From: Eledone cirrhosa
Lineage: Eukaryota
NCBI GenBank assembly: GCA_964016885.1
Contig: OZ024757.1
Location: 39,990,001-40,054,000 of the forward strand
Length of the DNA: 64,000 nucleotides
Direction: 5' to 3'
The notes beneath the pieces were generated by a model. That model saw only the letters and a list, made by a program, of their open reading frames with translations, was not told where the DNA came from and did not search any database. Shown here piece after piece: positions 57,919 through 64,000 of the stretch; position 1 is the stretch's first letter, and each line of letters opens with the position of its first letter. Position numbers and translations under genes: made by a program.

Positions 57919-58596
57919 GATAGATAGACAAATAATATGTGTTCAATCAGTGTGTTGAAGAAACTGATTTTAGTTTAGGAAGAAACCTAATTTAAATTTA
58001 TGAATACATAATGATTAATTAAATAATTGCGGTTGCTATTTATGTTTCAGTAAACGGAATATATTAATTTACTTGCAAACTGAGCAAAGTCCACAGAATG
58101 CAATCAGAAATGAAGTGGATATTGAGGAATGGTCATGGCTCTGTAGATATTTAACCCTACGAGAATCGGCTGAAGAATTCATAGGCTGATTATGAAGGAG
58201 TGATGCTAGAGCTATTAAATCTTATTTCATATATTAATTTCAATTCTTCTTAATAATGATAACAGCATTGTTTATTTCCAGGGACTATGTTGTAAAATAG
58301 AGGTCATTTCATGAGAGTATCGTGGTCAGCCTATGAACTTTGCAGAGGACCCTCGTTTGTATGTATGTATATATATATCTCTCTCATATATATATATATA
58401 TATATATTGTTATACTTTGGGAGGGTCATGTTGCCAATAAGAAACACACGCACCAGTTTTCAACGCACGTTTTTAGATAAAGAATCTTGCTAAACAAATT
58501 CAGAAACGAAATATATATATATATATATATATTACACAGAGTTTTATTGTTCATTTGATATCTGTGAAGAAATTTCTTCCTATTAACAATATCTCC

Positions 58597-58628
<32 letters not shown>

Positions 58629-59199
58629 ATAGTATATATATATACACATACGCATATATATATAGACACACACACACACACAATTACTGACATTCAATTG
58701 TTAGAGTGTTTCGGGGTTTTCTGCACTATTAAAGTCATTGTATCTTCAGCTATCTATATTAGGTTTCTACTAATATATTTTCTGATCTTGCTCAGCATAT
58801 ATGCATAATATTTGCCATTCCTTTTGCTTATCGAATAAAACGCGCTTCGTTCTAATGTAACTTTCAACACATATCCATTTAGCTACAATCCCAAAGGACA
58901 TTAAAGTGTCGAAGAAGGAGGTGTAACGATTTTTTCCGTAATAAGAGCTATTCCCCTTGTTTGCAAGCTCTATTCAAAGCTCTCAGTATTGCGGATTTTC
59001 GATTTTCCTTATATCCTAATGTGGTTATTCGTCTATAATAGAAGCTATACCTTACAGTCTCATGAAAATTCAATTTACGTGCCACACTCTCTATTGTTTT
59101 GTTTTGTCTCTTCATTTCTGACGAAAGAGTTTCTCCCTTGTTAAGTAACAACAGACATTATTTTATGGCGTTTTTACGGAAATGTGTTTGGTATGTATG

Positions 59200-59350
59200 C
59201 TAAAGCGAGTGGTTAAGTGGTTGCGGTTTTCTTTTTTTTTGGAAGTGGAGGGTAGGATCACGATCTTAAAGGTCGGAAGTTTGTCTCCCGGGTGACGTGT
59301 TGTGCCCTTAAGGAAGGCATTTTATTTCACGGTGCTCCAGTTCACATAGC
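59200..59350 (+). mobile_element. SINE family C, diverged
   Basis: GTGGTTAAG..GTGTTGTGCCCTTAAGGAAGGCATTTTATTTCACGGTGCTCCAG. Confidence 0.6.
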
Positions 59351-59522
59351 CGGGAGAACACGATTTGCTACAATACAGGGGTCAAAGTAGAGCAATCTTT
59401 TCCTTGGACATCCTAATAAACTTGCATATATATATATTAGTGTGTGCGTGAATGTGTCGTGACGGTACAAAGGCAAAGCTCTATAAGTCTTCGTATTTCC
59501 CATGGACAACATAATACAGTAG

Positions 59523-59558
<36 letters not shown>

Positions 59559-59773
59559 ATATATCAGTTGCCAATATAAAATTGCCAAATTATACAAGTC
59601 TTTCCTTTGGACACCATAATATATTTGTATGTATGTATATATGTGTGAAACTGTTTACTCTCATTAATATTACTATTATATATATATATATATACTTATA
59701 TATATTCATATATATACGCATATATACGTATACATATATGTATATACACATATGCATACACACACACACACAC

Positions 59774-59821
<48 letters not shown>

Positions 59822-60429
59822 ATATATATATAATTCTACGTATGTAAAGGTCGAGCGTTTATTAAATTAAGCATCATAATCAAATTTTTATATTGGCAAG
59901 TATAATATACCACAAATCAAAAACAACAAAATAAAAAATCAAAATAAAAAAAAAAATCGAGAAAACTAAAACAAAAAAAACCTCACCAAACAAAATAATA
60001 CGTATAACAAGATGATTTGATTTCTCTAAATTTACAGCAATATCCAACCCTCTTATTCCTCTCTACAATGCGCAGATATAAATTTTGATTTCTTGACTGG
60101 GTAGAAGGCCACATATTGAAATGGAGGGAAAGAAAATCAACTTGCAAAGTGTTCCTGATTGTTTTTCCCCAAAGGCATTCCTGTTGGAAGTGAAATGATG
60201 TACAGCTACGCCAGAATCAGAATTGTATAATCACATTATTATGATAAATGATATTCGAGATTGGCTTGTTACATCTCTTGTAATGTTCCTATGTAGAGGA
60301 ATAGCTAGATGGAAAACGTATTTGTGTATGGTTGGAGTAAAACTGAGATATGGAGTAAAACATATATATATATATATAAATATATACATACATAGAAATA
60401 TATACATATATATATACTTATATATGTCC

Positions 60430-60460
<31 letters not shown>

Positions 60461-60581
60461 TGTACACATATATGCATATATACGTACATATATACATATA
60501 TACACACATATATATATATATACACACATATATATATATATACACACAGACATACAAAGATACATAGTTACATACACTCAC

Positions 60582-60621
<40 letters not shown>

Positions 60622-60689
60622 GCATGTTAGATCATATAGCACAATTTGAAAAACAGCCGATTGACTTTACCAATGTTGCAACTGTTTCT

Positions 60690-60920
60690 GGCACTAGTAG
60701 TAGTACTACTACCAAACCTACAACTACTACCACTAATACTATTACTCTTAATTCTACACCCCTTACTACTACCATCGCCAACACCAGTACTATTACTGCT
60801 AATACTACCACTATTACTACTACCAACACCAGTACTATTACTGCTAATACCACCACTACTACTACTACTACCAACACCAGTACTATTACTGCTAATACTA
60901 CCACTACTACTAATACCAGC
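60690..60920. repeat. (ACT/ACC)n trinucleotide region with ~50-bp tandem units
   Basis: CCAACACCAGTACTATTACTGCTAATAC x3. Confidence 0.8.
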
Positions 60921-61003
60921 CCCACCGCCGCCATCACTCCTCCGGCTGCTACTTGGGCCGCTGGTGTTATAAATATTCCGCCAGCATGTCAACCAATCCT
61001 GTA

Positions 61004-61084
<81 letters not shown>

Positions 61085-61305
61085 AAGAATGAGAGAGGGG
61101 ACCAGAAGGGGCCATATTCAGAAAGAGGGGAGGCCTAGCTTCAGAAAATTAGTCTTGCCCCACCAACTCTTGCCATAAATCTCCCCACCAGACGTCGCCT
61201 TCCAGCCATTTCCGCCAATTCTAATATCTTCTTCATTCGTTATTTATATATATTGAAATGTTGTTTATGTTAAGGGAAGGAGTTTAATCCTACTGTGCAG
61301 GCCGC

Positions 61306-61340
61306 GGGTTAGGGCTGGGTGGGCTGGGCTGGGCACGGGG
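61306..61340 (+). other. G-quadruplex-forming motif
   Basis: GGGTTAGGGCTGGGTGGGCTGGGCTGGGCACGGGG, seven G3+ tracts with 1-3 nt loops. Confidence 0.6.
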
Positions 61341-61589
61341 TAGCCATTTCAGGGGACACATTTCTAGAATGTTCTAGAATGTTTTATTTGTTTATATATA
61401 TTTTTTGTTCTGGGTATTTATCATTAGCACAACAACAACAACAACAACAACGACGACAACAACGACAGTATGTCACTGATGTGACTGTCTGATGGCCTGA
61501 CTGCCTGTCGGTGCCGATTAGGGGGTATCCGATGACAGGAGTGTATCCGGTCCAAATAAGGTGCAAACACAGACATATATGTGTGTGTG

Positions 61590-62060
61590 TATACACATAC
61601 ACACACACACACATTATATATGTTTATATACATCTATATACATACACACACATATATATATATGTATAATATATATACACATATATATATATATATAATA
61701 TATATACACATATATATATATAATATATATACACATACACACACACATATATATATACATATACACACATATATATACATATACATATACACACATATAT
61801 ATACATATACACACATATATACATATATACACACACATATATACATATATACACACACATATATACACATATATATATACACACAAACATATATATACAA
61901 ACACACATATATATATACAAACACACATATACATACACACACATATACATACACACACACATATACATACACACACACATACATACACACACATATACAT
62001 ACACACACATATACATACACACATATATACATACATACATACATATACATATATACATTG
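61590..62060. repeat. CA/TA compound microsatellite
   Basis: Tandem repeat. Confidence 0.9.
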
Positions 62061-62497
62061 AACAAAAAATACATCCATCTCTCTCTGTCTCTCTCTCTCT
62101 ATATATATACTTACACTTATGTGTATACATACACATACAAAGCTAGATATGTTTATGCACACATAGAAACAAACACACACACACATACATGTATGTAGAT
62201 ATACATGAACATACATTTATCTCTCTCTCTATAAGTATATATACACACACAGTCTCTCTAAGTATATATATATATATATATATATACAATATCCAGGGTA
62301 GTAATTCGTCTGCTTATTTGTCCTCCCTTCCTACCAAGGACCACACACAGACCTTCCTTTGTTTATAACTTCATCTCACTAACGTTTATATTCATTATTT
62401 TTATTGACCAACCCACGACCACCACCTCTGACACGTCTTGCCATTTGTACTGCCTGAACCTTTCAGGGTGGCGATGTGGAATGGAATATACATATAT

Positions 62498-62538
<41 letters not shown>

Positions 62539-62861
62539 GTGTGTATGACATACATATACATACATTATATATATACGACATGTATATACATATATATATA
62601 AATATATGTATGTAACTGTGTGTGTGTGTGTGTGTCAAATACATGTACAAATATATATGTCGTATATATATATATATATTGTGACAGATACACATACATA
62701 TATGTACGACATTATATATATATATAGACATCCATACACACATAAACGGACATATACATACATACTTTACCTTTGTTGTAAGATAAAAAACTGAAAATAA
62801 ACCTACGCAGACACCATACTCTCATTTCATTGACTTTAAAGTCATATGCACTCAAATACAT

Positions 62862-62914
<53 letters not shown>

Positions 62915-62918
62915 AATA

Positions 62919-62990
62919 AATCAGAAGATCCCGTTAAGGGTGAAAGCAGCGATTCTTTGCTTAAACTTTAATCTGTTATTTTAATAAATA
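62919..62990 (+). mobile_element. Family A head fragment
   Basis: TCAGAAGATCCCGTTAAGGGTGAAAGCAGCGATTCTTTGCTTAAACTTTAATCTG. Confidence 0.75.
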
Positions 62991-63266
62991 TATATATATA
63001 CATATATATATAATTTAATATAAAATAATATATATATACAATATACATACATAGATATTTTATATACATATTGTGTACATATATATGTAAATAAATATTT
63101 ATATATACATAATATATAATATACACAGAACTTATATATTATGTGATGGGATGCTGGATTTTGAAAATCATTTACGCCATAATTCTCCTTTTAATTTTTA
63201 TGTATCACAGGTAGTTTGTACTTTTAAATATAACAGACACGTGTAGTGGTTCTCTCTCACTCTCTC

Positions 63267-63299
<33 letters not shown>

Positions 63300-63416
63300 A
63301 AATGTGTGTAATCCTTGGTACAGTTAGGTATATTAAGACAGGGGGGAAGAAAAAATGGCTTTACTTGTGCTTTCAACAAATTTATTTTCTTTCACAAAAT
63401 CCCAAAAGAATTTTTC

Positions 63417-63719
63417 TTAAAAAAAATTATTTGACAAATTAAGCTGTTGGTCTTTTTCTAGGTTCAGTTCATTCCATTCGTTGAATGCATTATTGGTGAT
63501 GGAGTTCTGTTCATGTGTAGCTATTTCAGGAGAAAAGATTTGTTCTTGTTTTTGCCGGTCTGTAATTAGTGAATCAAGTTTTTCCCTATAGCTGCGTGTT
63601 TGTTGTTCCATTTCTTGTACGGCATTCGTAAGGGAATCATATTTATCTATTATTATGGTGAGTTTTTCTGATATTTCCTGTAGTAGTGTATCCGATTTGA
63701 GGGATTCAGTAGAGGATTT
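63417..63719 (-). other. Open frame fragment (~100 codons), coiled-coil-like, possibly a retroelement ORF
   Basis: KSSTESLKSDTLLQEISEKLTIIIDKYDSLTNAVQEMEQQTRSYREKLDSLITDRQKQEQ..; non-repetitive; downstream of the 63807 hammerhead on the same strand. Confidence 0.35.
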
Positions 63720-63723
63720 TGAT

Positions 63724-63755
<32 letters not shown>

Positions 63756-63806
63756 AAATAAAATAAAATAAATAAGTCAAATATTTACAATTTGGCTTCG
63801 TTTATT

Positions 63807-63861
63807 ACTGCTATATATATTTCGTTGACAGCCATCTTTGGCTGTGACCTCTTCAGGCAGT
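63807..63861 (-). ncRNA. Type I hammerhead ribozyme
   Basis: Minus: ACUGC-CUGAAGA-GGUCACAGCCA-AAGA-UGGCUGUCAAC-GAAAU-AUAU-AUA^GCAGU; perfect 5-bp stem I, 7-bp inner stem II. Confidence 0.75.
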
Positions 63862-64000
63862 CCGAATTAGTGTGGTATAGACGAGTACACATGTTGTTGA
63901 GGTGTTTAACTCTGTCAATACTGCGATATGTCCAGTTCCTGGTTAGGTTGTTATTATCCGAGGAAGGAACTGGTATCATATCCAGTTGCTCAGAGGAATA

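Noticed and set aside
58695-58755. Minus-strand CTGAAGA..GAAAC motif
   Set aside because: Stems II and III do not pair convincingly
60624-61178. Thr-rich mucin-like ORF
   Set aside because: Built from (ACT)n repeats, runs into (CA)n, and is open in four frames; no convincing splice donor. An exon cannot be fully excluded without RNA-seq

Overview
AT-rich, microsatellite-saturated animal DNA (intronic or intergenic). The SINE content suggests an octopus or related coleoid cephalopod; this is an inference. No intact protein-coding gene is supportable, and nearly all ORFs in the track are (TA)n/(CA)n/(GA)n read-throughs. The window holds ~19 copies of a tRNA-derived Meta-domain-like SINE, ~5 copies of a CORE-like SINE, RTE and L1/Tx1 LINE 3' fragments, two Tc1/mariner MITEs, Helitron ends, a possible LTR, a frameshifted TMEM272-like relic and multi-kb TA-based satellites. 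The main finding is a dense set of type I hammerhead ribozyme motifs: about 7 well-formed and several decayed, from at least 5 sequence families. They lie in short non-coding elements in or beside (TA)n/(CA)n tracts, often with fold-back (inverted) 5' duplications. They resemble Penelope-like pseudo-LTR / retrozyme-type elements and include a U3-A8 core variant and palindromic (dimer-competent) stem III loops. All folds were derived by eye, and coordinates are approximate to a few bases.
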